Of a stretch of DNA of 64,000 nt, positions 56,223 to 64,000 are shown piece by piece. Location: NCBI GenBank assembly GCA_036258175.1, contig DATAEE010000391.1, positions 2,833-66,832 of the forward strand, written 5' to 3'. Each line of letters starts with the position of its first letter. Position 1 is the first letter of the stretch. The stretch comes from Vicinamibacterales bacterium. GTDB taxonomy: Bacteria > Acidobacteriota > Vicinamibacteria > Vicinamibacterales > 2-12-FULL-66-21. The notes under the pieces were generated by a model. That model saw nothing but the letters and a program-made list of their open reading frames with translations. It had not been told where the DNA came from and searched no databases. Both the position numbers and the translations under genes were made by a program.

Positions 56223-58675
56223 GACCTTCGCAGGGCGTCCACCGGATTCAACCGCGCCGCGCGCAGTCCCGGGATACCGCTGGCGAGCATCGCGACCAGC
56301 GTGAGCATGGCCGCGACGCCGACATATGTCGCCGCGTCCCGTGGGCCGACGCCAACGAGCAATCGTGAAGCGAACGGCAGCACGGCCAGCGCACCGGCGC
56401 TGCCGATGGCCAGCCCTAGAAGCGCGACGCGCACACCTTGGCTCGTCACCGATCGCAGAATGTCCGCCGGTCTGGCGCCAAGTGCCATGCGGACGCCGAT
56501 CTCACGCGTCCGCTGAGCGACCGCGAACGCCATGACGCCGTAAAGCCCTACGCCCGCCAGCAGCAGCGCGAGCGCGCCGAACAGGCCGAGAAACGACGCC
56601 GCAATCCGGTTCGCGAACGTCCCGAAGGCCATCTGCTGCTCGCCGGTTTTTGTCGCGAAGATCGGCAGATTCGGGTCGAGCGCCGACACGACCGATCGGA
56701 TTCGCTGGAGCGCCGCTCCTGCGCTCTCGGAGCTTCGGACGTGAATGATGGCGTTGGGGCGATACCTCTGCCGGATGGACACGTAGAAGAACGGCCGCGG
56801 ATCCTCGGCGAGCGTCTGGTACTTGCCGGTTGGCACGACGCCTACGACCTGGTACGGCGTATCACCGATCCGCACGATGCGGCCGAGGGGATCTCCTGAC
56901 CAATAACGCTCGGCCATCGTGCGGTTCACGATCATCACGTGCGTCGTGTCGATGCGATCGTCGAACGTGAAGTCGCGACCCGCGATGACGGGGATCTGCA
57001 TCGCCGCCAGATAGCCGGGCGACACAATGTTGTATTGGATGTTGAGATCCTCGTCCTCCCGGCGCGAGTAGCCGTCGATCGAGACCGTCATCGAGCTGAT
57101 GCCCTCGAAGCCAAGCGGCAACCGGACCGCGACACCCGCCGCCTGGACGCCCGGTTCGGACTGCAGCTGGCGTACGAGCCGCTCATGAAACACCGCGCCG
57201 GTCTCCGGGGTGTAGCCGTTGGGAAACAGGTTGTAGCCGGCCAGCATGAGGTCACGGGGGTTGAAGCCAGGGTCCAGCCGTTCGGCGGCGACCAGGCTTC
57301 GAAGGAACAGCCCGGCTCCGACCAGGAGCATCGCCGAAAGCGCGACCTGCGTGACGACGAGCGCGTCGCGGAGGCGGGAACGATGCCGGCTGCCGGCGGC
57401 TGACTCGTCGCGGAGCGCAACGATCACGTCGGCTCGCGCCGATTGAAACGCCGGCGCGAGGCCAAACACGATGCCGGTCACCACGCTCAGGAGCGCCGTG
57501 AACGCTACGACCCCCCCGTCCACGCTGATCGCAGGTCGAAGCATCAGATCCGTCGGCGGATTGAACCTCGAGAGCAGCGGACTGGCAGCCATCGCGACGA
57601 GGATGCCTCCCGCGCCACCAAGGCCGGCAAGCATCAGGCTTTCCACGAGCATCTGACGGACGAGACGTCCTCGGGACCCGCCGACCGCGAGCCGGATCGC
57701 CATCTCGCGCCGGCGGCCGAGGGCTCGTGCCAGGAGCAGGTTGGCAACGTTCGCGCACGCGAGCAGCAGCACGAGCGACACGACGCCGCTCAGCGTCAGG
57801 AGCACCGGCGTCAGAAAGAGCTGCGCGCCGAAGGGCGATCGCCACATCGGCACTACTGCGCCGGTCCAGCCTTCGTTTGTGCTTGGCCAGGCTTGCGCGA
57901 GCCGTTCCACCGCCGCCTTCACTTCGGCTTCCGCCTGCTCCACGGTGACGCCGGGAGCCAGTCGGCCGAGCGTCTGGAGCCAGCGGCTTCCGCGAGCCCG
58001 AATCAGATCGCCCTGCATGACATCGGCCTGCATCATCACGGGAATCCACAGATCCAGTGCGAGACCGCTCCAGACGCCATAGAAGTCCGGCGGCGCAACC
58101 CCCACGACGGTGTACGGCTTACCGTTGATCGGCATCGTGTGGCCGACGATCGCCGCATCGCCAGCGAAGCGGCGCTGCCACAGCCCGTGGCTCAGGACGA
58201 CGACCGGCGCGCGCCCGGGTGCCTCATCCTCCGCGCGGGTAAAGCCGCGTCCGAGCGACATACCGGTCCGCAGGACGTCGAAATAGTTCCCACTCACCAG
58301 CGATCCGTACACGCGCTCGGCATGTCGCGACTCTGCCGTGGCGCCCAGGCTCACGGTCACGATGCTGTCCACGACCAGGCCGTCCAGGGTCTTGCACGCA
58401 TCCCGCAGGTCCACGTAGTCCGGATACGAGAGCGTGCGCCAGGCGCCGCTTCGGCTGCGGTTTGCCACGACGACGATGTCTTGCTGTTGGCTCACGCCGG
58501 AAAGCGGCTCGATGAGGACCCCGCGGACCCAGCTGTAGATCGCGCTGTTCGCGCCGATGCCGAGCGCGAGCGACAGCGCGGCGGCCGCCGCGGTTCCGGG
58601 ACTTCGGCGCAAAATGCGGAGGCCGTACCGGACGTCCTGGAGAATGGTCATACGACTCCATACGGCCGGATTCAC
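56219..58675 (-). CDS. ADOP-family permease (duplicated FtsX/MacB-type, no adjacent ATPase)
   Basis: ILQDVRYGLRILRRSPGTAAAAALSLALGIGANSAIYS is the canonical ADOP N-terminus. There are two FtsX 4-TM modules and REIGVRMALGA. Confidence 0.9.
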   Translation of the reverse strand: MNPAVWSRMTILQDVRYGLRILRRSPGTAAAAALSLALGIGANSAIYSWVRGVLIEPLSGVSQQQDIVVVANRSRSGAWRTLSYPDYVDLRDACKTLDGLVVDSIVTVSLGATAESRHAERVYGSLVSGNYFDVLRTGMSLGRGFTRAEDEAPGRAPVVVLSHGLWQRRFAGDAAIVGHTMPINGKPYTVVGVAPPDFYGVWSGLALDLWIPVMMQADVMQGDLIRARGSRWLQTLGRLAPGVTVEQAEAEVKAAVERLAQAWPSTNEGWTGAVVPMWRSPFGAQLFLTPVLLTLSGVVSLVLLLACANVANLLLARALGRRREMAIRLAVGGSRGRLVRQMLVESLMLAGLGGAGGILVAMAASPLLSRFNPPTDLMLRPAISVDGGVVAFTALLSVVTGIVFGLAPAFQSARADVIVALRDESAAGSRHRSRLRDALVVTQVALSAMLLVGAGLFLRSLVAAERLDPGFNPRDLMLAGYNLFPNGYTPETGAVFHERLVRQLQSEPGVQAAGVAVRLPLGFEGISSMTVSIDGYSRREDEDLNIQYNIVSPGYLAAMQIPVIAGRDFTFDDRIDTTHVMIVNRTMAERYWSGDPLGRIVRIGDTPYQVVGVVPTGKYQTLAEDPRPFFYVSIRQRYRPNAIIHVRSSESAGAALQRIRSVVSALDPNLPIFATKTGEQQMAFGTFANRIAASFLGLFGALALLLAGVGLYGVMAFAVAQRTREIGVRMALGARPADILRSVTSQGVRVALLGLAIGSAGALAVLPFASRLLVGVGPRDAATYVGVAAMLTLVAMLASGIPGLRAARLNPVDALRRS

Positions 58676-58753
58676 GCGCAGGTTCGAACTGTTCGCCCGC
58701 CTACGCCAAGGCTTCGGCGCGGCAAGCCGGTATCATGAAGGACGGATGCCGCA

Positions 58754-60121
58754 ATGAAGGACCTAACCCAGGGTTCGGTCGCGCGCAACCTGATGCAGAT
58801 CGCCGCGTTTCTCGCGGCGAGCATGCTCCTTCAGACGTTGTACCTCCTCGTCGACATGTACTGGGTGGGACGCCTGGGCAAGGAGGCGATTGCCGCCGTC
58901 GGCCTCGCCGGCACCGTGTCGTTCATCGTCCTCGCGCTGACCCAGGCGCTGGGCGTTGGCACGACCACCCTGGTTGCGCACGCGGTTGGCGCGAAGGACC
59001 AGGCGCGCGCGCGCCGGGTCTTCAACCAGTCGCTCGTCCTGTCGATCCTCAGCAGCGGCTGCTTCCTCGCCGTCGCCTTCGCGCTGCGCGGGGCGTACTG
59101 CCGCGCGCTCGCGGCGGATGCCGAGACGGTACGCCTCGGTGAAGAGTACCTGGCGTGGTTCCTGCCCGCGCTCGCACTGCAGTTTGCTGTCGTTTCCATG
59201 GGCTCGGCGCTTCGCGGCACGGGGATCGTCAAGCCCACCGTCATCATCCAGATCATCACCGTCCTGCTGAACATCGTGCTGGCGCCGGTGCTCATTTTCG
59301 GCTGGGGAACCGGCCTCGCGATGGGAGTGACGGGCGCGGCGCTGTCGACGTTCGTCGCCGTCGTGCTCGGCTTCGTGCTGCTCGTCGGATATTTCCTGCG
59401 AGCCGATGGCTTCATCACGTTCGATCGCGCCGCCTGGGCCCCCGACCTGAGAATCTGGAAGAGGATGATGGCGGTTGGCGCGCCGGCCGGCGGTGAATTC
59501 CTGCTCATTTCGCTTCACATGATCCTGGTGTACCGGTTGATTCAAGGCTTCGGCGCAGCGGCGCAGGCAGGATTCGGCATAGGCAGCCGCGTCATGCAGT
59601 CGCTGTTCCTCCCAGTCGTGGCGATCGCGTTCGCCGCGTCGCCGGTCGTGGGGCAGAACTTCGGCGCCCGGCTCGCCGATCGCGTGCGGGAGACCTTCCG
59701 GTGGGCCGCCGTGATGGCGTCGGCGGTGATGATGGTGCTGACCGTGTTGTGCCACATCTCGCCGGCCGCGCTGATTCGACCCTTCTCCTCCGATCCGGCC
59801 GTCATCCTGGTCGGCGGCGAGTACCTGCGCATCACCTCCTGGAACTTCGTGCCCAGCGCGATCGTGTTCACGAGCTCGAGCATCTTCCAGGGGATCGGCA
59901 ACAGCGTGCCGCCGGTGATCATCTCGGCCGCGAGGCTGCTGCTGTTTGCGGTGCCCGCGTTTCTTCTGTCACGGACGGCGGGGTTCGAACTGCGGCAGAT
60001 TTGGTATGTCGGCGTCGCCGCGGTGATCGTGCAGATGACTTTGAATATCTGGCTATTGCAGCGGGAGTTCCGGCGGAGGCTGACGTTCGGGCCGACTGCC
60101 GTCCCCGCGCCCGCGCCGTAA
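58754..60121 (+). CDS. MATE-family efflux transporter
   Basis: 12-TM profile, with LMQIAAFLAASMLLQTLYLLVDMYWVGRLG. Confidence 0.9.
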   Translation: MKDLTQGSVARNLMQIAAFLAASMLLQTLYLLVDMYWVGRLGKEAIAAVGLAGTVSFIVLALTQALGVGTTTLVAHAVGAKDQARARRVFNQSLVLSILSSGCFLAVAFALRGAYCRALAADAETVRLGEEYLAWFLPALALQFAVVSMGSALRGTGIVKPTVIIQIITVLLNIVLAPVLIFGWGTGLAMGVTGAALSTFVAVVLGFVLLVGYFLRADGFITFDRAAWAPDLRIWKRMMAVGAPAGGEFLLISLHMILVYRLIQGFGAAAQAGFGIGSRVMQSLFLPVVAIAFAASPVVGQNFGARLADRVRETFRWAAVMASAVMMVLTVLCHISPAALIRPFSSDPAVILVGGEYLRITSWNFVPSAIVFTSSSIFQGIGNSVPPVIISAARLLLFAVPAFLLSRTAGFELRQIWYVGVAAVIVQMTLNIWLLQREFRRRLTFGPTAVPAPAP

Positions 60122-60137
60122 TTTCCAAACCGCTCCG

Positions 60138-61364
60138 CTAGCCGTCTGCCAGCCGCGCGGCCAGGTGGTGCAGAAAGAGCCCCGCGTCGGTGACCACGCC
60201 GAGCGTCTGTGAGGATCCGCGGTCGGCGAGCTTCGTGATGACCGCGGGATTGATGTCCACGCACACCATACGCACCCACGCCGGCACCATGTTGCCGACG
60301 CCGATGCCGTGGAGCATGCTCGAGAGCACGACGACCATGCTGACGTCCGCGAGTGCGGCGGCATAGCGATCCTGCGCCTCGATGAGATTCATCATCGTCT
60401 CCGGCAGCGGCCCATCGTCGCGTATGCTGCCTGCGAGCAGGAACGGCACTCCGCGTCGCACGCACTCGTGCATGATCCCCGACTGGAGAATGCCGGACTC
60501 GACTGCGGCGGCGATCCCGCCCGCCCGTCTGATCGCGTTGATCGCGCGCATGTGATGGCGGTGGCCACCCTCGACGGCTACGCCGGTCTCGAGGTTCACA
60601 CCAAGCGACGTGCCGAAGAGCGCGCCTTCGATGTCATGAACGGCGAGCGCATTGCCGGCAAGGAGCACGTCGACGAAGCCTCTTCGAATCAGATCGCAGA
60701 AATGCGGGATGCCGCCCGTGTGCGCGACGACGGGGCCCGCGACGAACGCGATCCGGCCGCCGGCTGCCTTCGTCTCGCGAAACATCTCGGCGATGCGCCC
60801 GACCGTCGCTTCCACGCGCCGCTCGGACGACACCTCGTTGTTCATGAACGCGAAGCCGAGGCGGTCCCGGGCCCGGAACTCCGGCACGACGCGGATCCCG
60901 TCGAGGCCGCAGACGATTCGATCGCCGGCGCGGATATCGCGAAGCTTCCGGCAGGAGGCCGTCGTGTCCTCGATCACGATCGCCGCATCCATTCGTTGGC
61001 GCTCGACGGGAATCCACCGTGCGGCGACCCGCACTTCGGTGCGCTGGTTTGTCGTCGAGTAGAAGTCCTCCGGCGCGCAACCATCGCGATCGGCTGGCCG
61101 GACGAGTGCGTCGCGCTGGCGCTCGCGACGACAGCCCAGGGACACGAGCTCTTCGAGCAGATCGTCGAGGGCCTGATCGGTAGGCGCCGTGACTTTCAGC
61201 GACAGGCGGGAAAACTCGTCGTTGGTGCGGCCCAAGTCGAAGCGCAGGACTTCGAAGGCACCGCCGCGCGAAATCACCTTGTCGAAGATTGTGGATAGAA
61301 CGTCAGAATCGACGAGGTGTCCTTCGGCCTCGACGATCTCAGTGCGCGGCGCGTTGTGTGTCAC
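60138..61364 (-). CDS. TIGR00300-like protein (LOR/SDH-type N-terminal domain plus deoxyhypusine-synthase-like domain); putative archaeal-type ornithine cyclodeaminase family
   Basis: GTG 61364 in a GTGA overlap with the glpK stop. The N-terminus reads [36 protein letters not shown]. The C-terminus reads [12 protein letters not shown] and [14 protein letters not shown]. The family assignment is from memory. Confidence 0.7.
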   Translation of the reverse strand: MTHNAPRTEIVEAEGHLVDSDVLSTIFDKVISRGGAFEVLRFDLGRTNDEFSRLSLKVTAPTDQALDDLLEELVSLGCRRERQRDALVRPADRDGCAPEDFYSTTNQRTEVRVAARWIPVERQRMDAAIVIEDTTASCRKLRDIRAGDRIVCGLDGIRVVPEFRARDRLGFAFMNNEVSSERRVEATVGRIAEMFRETKAAGGRIAFVAGPVVAHTGGIPHFCDLIRRGFVDVLLAGNALAVHDIEGALFGTSLGVNLETGVAVEGGHRHHMRAINAIRRAGGIAAAVESGILQSGIMHECVRRGVPFLLAGSIRDDGPLPETMMNLIEAQDRYAAALADVSMVVVLSSMLHGIGVGNMVPAWVRMVCVDINPAVITKLADRGSSQTLGVVTDAGLFLHHLAARLADG

Positions 61365-62881
61365 GGATTGAGCTCAATCCATCCAAACGTCCGTTCGACC
61401 GCCTTCTTCCATCCCGCGTAGGCGGACTCGCGCTGATCCGCGCTCCATCGCGGCTCCCAACGCTTATCTGGACGCCACTTACGCTCCAATTCAGGCAGAT
61501 CCTTCCACACGCCAGCAGCGAGCCCCGCGGCATACGCCGCGCCGAGAGCCGTCGTTTCTGTAATCACTGGCCGAACGACGGGAACGCCCAGGATGTCGGC
61601 CTGAAGCTGCAGGAGCGTGTCATTAACCGTCGCGCCGCCGTCGACCTTGAGTACGTCGAGCGCCAGGGCCGCGTCGGTGATCATCGCGTCGAGCACGGCG
61701 CGCGTCTGGAAGCAGATCGCTTCGAGCGTTGCGCGGGCGAGATGGCCCTTCTCGTGGAACCGCGACAGACCCACGATCGCGCCGCGTGCGTCGGAGCGCC
61801 AGTACGGCGCGAACAACCCCGAGAACGCCGGCACGAAGTACATCCCTCCCGCGTCCTTGACGGAATTCGCCAGCGTCTCGATCTCAGCGGCAGTACTAAT
61901 GATGCCCAGCTGGTCGCGCAGCCACTGAACCGCCGATCCGGTCACCGCGACGGATCCTTCCAGCGCGTACACCGCAGGCCGATCGTCGAACCGGTAGCAT
62001 GCCGTCGTCAGGAGTCCCGACGTGGACGGAACCCGGCGCGTGCCCGTGTTCAGCAGCATGAAATTACCGGTGCCGTAGGTGTTCTTCGCGGTGCCCGGGG
62101 CGTAGCAGGCCTGACCGACCGTCGCCGCCTGTTGATCGCCGAGGTCCGCCGAGATGGGCACCTCGCCGCCGGTCGGGCCGCTCGCGCGCGTCGCGCCGTA
62201 CGACCGCCGGTCGGAAGACGGACGAACCTCCGGCAGCATCGCGCGCGACACACCGAACAGCTTCAGGAGCTCGTCATCCCACGTCAGCGTCTCGAGATTG
62301 GCAAGCATCGTCCGGCTCGCGTTGGTTACATCGGTCACGTGGACGCCGCCGTCCGGCCCGCCGGTGAGGTTCCAGATGACCCACGTATCGATCGTCCCGA
62401 CGATCGCATCGCCGCGCTCGGCGGCGCGCCGGACGCCGTCCACGTTCTCGAGGATCCACTGGAGCTTCGGCGCGGAAAAGTACGTCGCCGGCGGCAGGCC
62501 GGTCTTCCGGCGGATGGCCGCACCGTGGCCGTCGCGTTCGAGGCCGGCGACGATGCGGTCGGTGCGGGTGTCCTGCCAGACGATCGCGTTCGTCCAGGGT
62601 TCACCCGTTTTCGGGTTCCAGACAACCGTGGTCTCGCGCTGGTTCGTGACGCCGATCGCCGCGAGGTCGGCGGCGAGGACGCGGGCGTTCCGCATGCCGC
62701 CCGCGATGACTTCTTCAGTGCGCTTCAGGATCTCGATCGGATCGTGTTCGACCCAGCCGGGCTGTGGAAGAATCTGACGGTGCTCGAGCTGATGCTGTCC
62801 CACGATGCCGCCCGCCTCGTCGAAGACGATGAAGCGGCTGCTCGTGGTCCCCTGATCGATCGCGCCGACGTATCGTGCCAT
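61361..62881 (-). CDS. glpK: Glycerol kinase
   Basis: ATG 62881. [38 protein letters not shown] and VDGGA. Confidence 0.95.
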   Translation of the reverse strand: MARYVGAIDQGTTSSRFIVFDEAGGIVGQHQLEHRQILPQPGWVEHDPIEILKRTEEVIAGGMRNARVLAADLAAIGVTNQRETTVVWNPKTGEPWTNAIVWQDTRTDRIVAGLERDGHGAAIRRKTGLPPATYFSAPKLQWILENVDGVRRAAERGDAIVGTIDTWVIWNLTGGPDGGVHVTDVTNASRTMLANLETLTWDDELLKLFGVSRAMLPEVRPSSDRRSYGATRASGPTGGEVPISADLGDQQAATVGQACYAPGTAKNTYGTGNFMLLNTGTRRVPSTSGLLTTACYRFDDRPAVYALEGSVAVTGSAVQWLRDQLGIISTAAEIETLANSVKDAGGMYFVPAFSGLFAPYWRSDARGAIVGLSRFHEKGHLARATLEAICFQTRAVLDAMITDAALALDVLKVDGGATVNDTLLQLQADILGVPVVRPVITETTALGAAYAAGLAAGVWKDLPELERKWRPDKRWEPRWSADQRESAYAGWKKAVERTFGWIELNP

Positions 62882-62888
62882 GCGAACC

Positions 62889-63635
62889 TCAGAAGCCGAT
62901 TGCGGAATAGAACCACGCGCCGAGCACGCCGCCAATCAGCGGACCGGCCACCGGAATCCAGGCGTAGTCCCAGTCAGCGTCTCTCTTGCGCGGAATCGGC
63001 AGCACGCTGTACGCCAAACGCGGTCCAAGATCGCGCGCCGGATTGATGGCGTATCCGGTCGGACCGCCGAGTGAGAGACCGATAGCGAGGACCAGCGCGC
63101 CGACGAGCAGCGGCTGAAGCCCGTGCTGAAAGACAAGCGACAGATCGATCTGCGCGGGGTTCGTCATCGCGCTCGCGTTGGCGGCGATGGCGAGCACGCC
63201 AAAAAGCAGAACGGCGGTGCCGATCGCTTCAGTCACGAGATTCGCGGTGGGTTGGCGAATCGCGGGACCCGTGCAGAAGACAGCCAGCTTGGCATCGGCG
63301 TCCGTGGTCTGGCGCCAGTGGGGCAGATAGGCGAGCCAGACGACGACCGCTCCGGCGAAGGCGCCCAGCATCTGTGCCAGGACGTACCCGGGCACATGGG
63401 CCCATTCGAACGCGCCGATCGACGCCAGTGCGATCGTGACAGCCGGGTTGAGATGTGCCCCGCTGATGCGGCCTACGGCATACACGGCGATCGCCACGGC
63501 GAGTCCCCATCCCGTGGCGATCACGATCCACCCGCTGCCCTGGCCCTTCGACTTGTTCAGCAGCACGTTCGCGACCACACCGTCACCCAGGGTGATGAGC
63601 AACATCGTCCCGACCGCTTCGGCAAGATAGTTCAT
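62889..63635 (-). CDS. glpF: Aquaglyceroporin (MIP family glycerol facilitator)
   Basis: ATG 63635. Two NPA boxes, [10 protein letters not shown] and [11 protein letters not shown]. Confidence 0.9.
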   Translation of the reverse strand: MNYLAEAVGTMLLITLGDGVVANVLLNKSKGQGSGWIVIATGWGLAVAIAVYAVGRISGAHLNPAVTIALASIGAFEWAHVPGYVLAQMLGAFAGAVVVWLAYLPHWRQTTDADAKLAVFCTGPAIRQPTANLVTEAIGTAVLLFGVLAIAANASAMTNPAQIDLSLVFQHGLQPLLVGALVLAIGLSLGGPTGYAINPARDLGPRLAYSVLPIPRKRDADWDYAWIPVAGPLIGGVLGAWFYSAIGF

Positions 63636-63642
63636 TGGATCC

Positions 63643-64000
63643 TCATTGGCCGGAGCCCTTCCAGCGCTCGTAGGTCCCGAGGGTCCGCAGCGAGCGGGCG
63701 AACTCGCCGAGGTGAACGAGCGCACGGGCGCACTGCAGCTCCTCCCGCGCGATTCCGAGGTCGATGTAGAACAGGTACTCCCACGGCCGTCCGCGAATGG
63801 GTCGCGACTCGAGCTTCGTGAGATCGATGTTGCGCAGGGCGAAGACGCTGAGCGCCTTGAACAGCGAGCCGGGCTCATTGCCGAGTGACACAACGATCGA
63901 CGTTTTGTCCGGAGTGCCGAGCGGTACGGGCCGCTTGCAGATCAACAGGAAACGCGTGATGTTCGATTCGTAGTCCTGGATGCCGGATCGCAGCACCTCG
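63643..64000 (-). CDS. pheA: Prephenate dehydratase, C-terminal ACT-domain part (the gene continues beyond the window)
   Basis: NITRFLLI, GSLFKALSVFALRNIDLTKLESRP and YLFYIDL. Confidence 0.8.
   Translation of the reverse strand, partial: EVLRSGIQDYESNITRFLLICKRPVPLGTPDKTSIVVSLGNEPGSLFKALSVFALRNIDLTKLESRPIRGRPWEYLFYIDLGIAREELQCARALVHLGEFARSLRTLGTYERWKGSGQ

Noticed and set aside
61289-63046. A 585-aa plus-strand ORF over glpK.
   Set aside because: It is antisense to a near-canonical glycerol kinase and is a shadow ORF. The same applies to 15075..16097(-), 17196..18071(-), 18014..19012(-), 19566..20546(-), 35358..36704(-), 47559..49325(-), 49884..50981(-) and 53724..54713(-).

Overview
This is a 64-kb, gene-dense, high-GC bacterial chromosomal segment. 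One ordinary 60-nt line (10081-10140) counted by hand is 41/60 G+C. I call about 50 protein genes on both strands. I see no rRNA, tRNA, CRISPR array, transposase or integrase.

The organism is probably an Acidobacteriota-like soil bacterium. This is inference from an ADOP-type duplicated FtsX permease next to a PadR regulator, a DUF1592/DUF1552 pair, and many GC-rich REP hairpins.

Gene layout:
- 1-22.5 kb: a plant-glycan island. It holds a GH51 arabinofuranosidase (missing from the ORF track), a FucI-family isomerase, two GH127 enzymes, a frameshifted GH31 and a mutarotase. These sit beside a 7-gene translationally coupled sugar-acid oxidation and ABC-uptake operon. An ECF sigma/YCII/GNAT group sits inside the island.
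- 22.6-28.2 kb: an orphan histidine kinase and an Lhr helicase.
- 28.5-33 kb: gltB.
- 33-34.7 kb: a cytochrome c, a His-rich protein and a cupredoxin.
- 34.7-39.8 kb: the urease operon ureABCEFGD.
- 40.1-43.6 kb: thrB with two tandem thrC paralogues.
- 43.8-46.8 kb: oligopeptidase B and an HpcH-like protein.
- 46.9-52.6 kb: DUF1592, DUF1552 and a secreted ankyrin protein.
- 52.6-60.1 kb: a GAF protein, PadR, a HAAS-like membrane protein, an EF-hand beta-propeller, an ADOP permease and a MATE transporter.
- 60.1-64 kb: pheA(partial)-glpF-glpK plus a TIGR00300-like gene.

I found no recognisable defence or toxin system. The most unusual signal is non-coding, with four parts:
- A modular family of composite inverted-repeat elements sits exactly between convergent stop codons. 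One copy is split by a low-GC cargo carrying an orphan ORF.
- A 53-nt double-stem palindromic element occurs twice, both times translated in frame (inside lhr and at the GH31 start).
- 9-bp-periodic GGTTCC arrays are built into the urease operon and into protein termini.
- There is also a 51-bp-arm hairpin and a CAATCGN heptamer array.

Functional names rest on motif recognition from memory and need HMM or BLAST confirmation.
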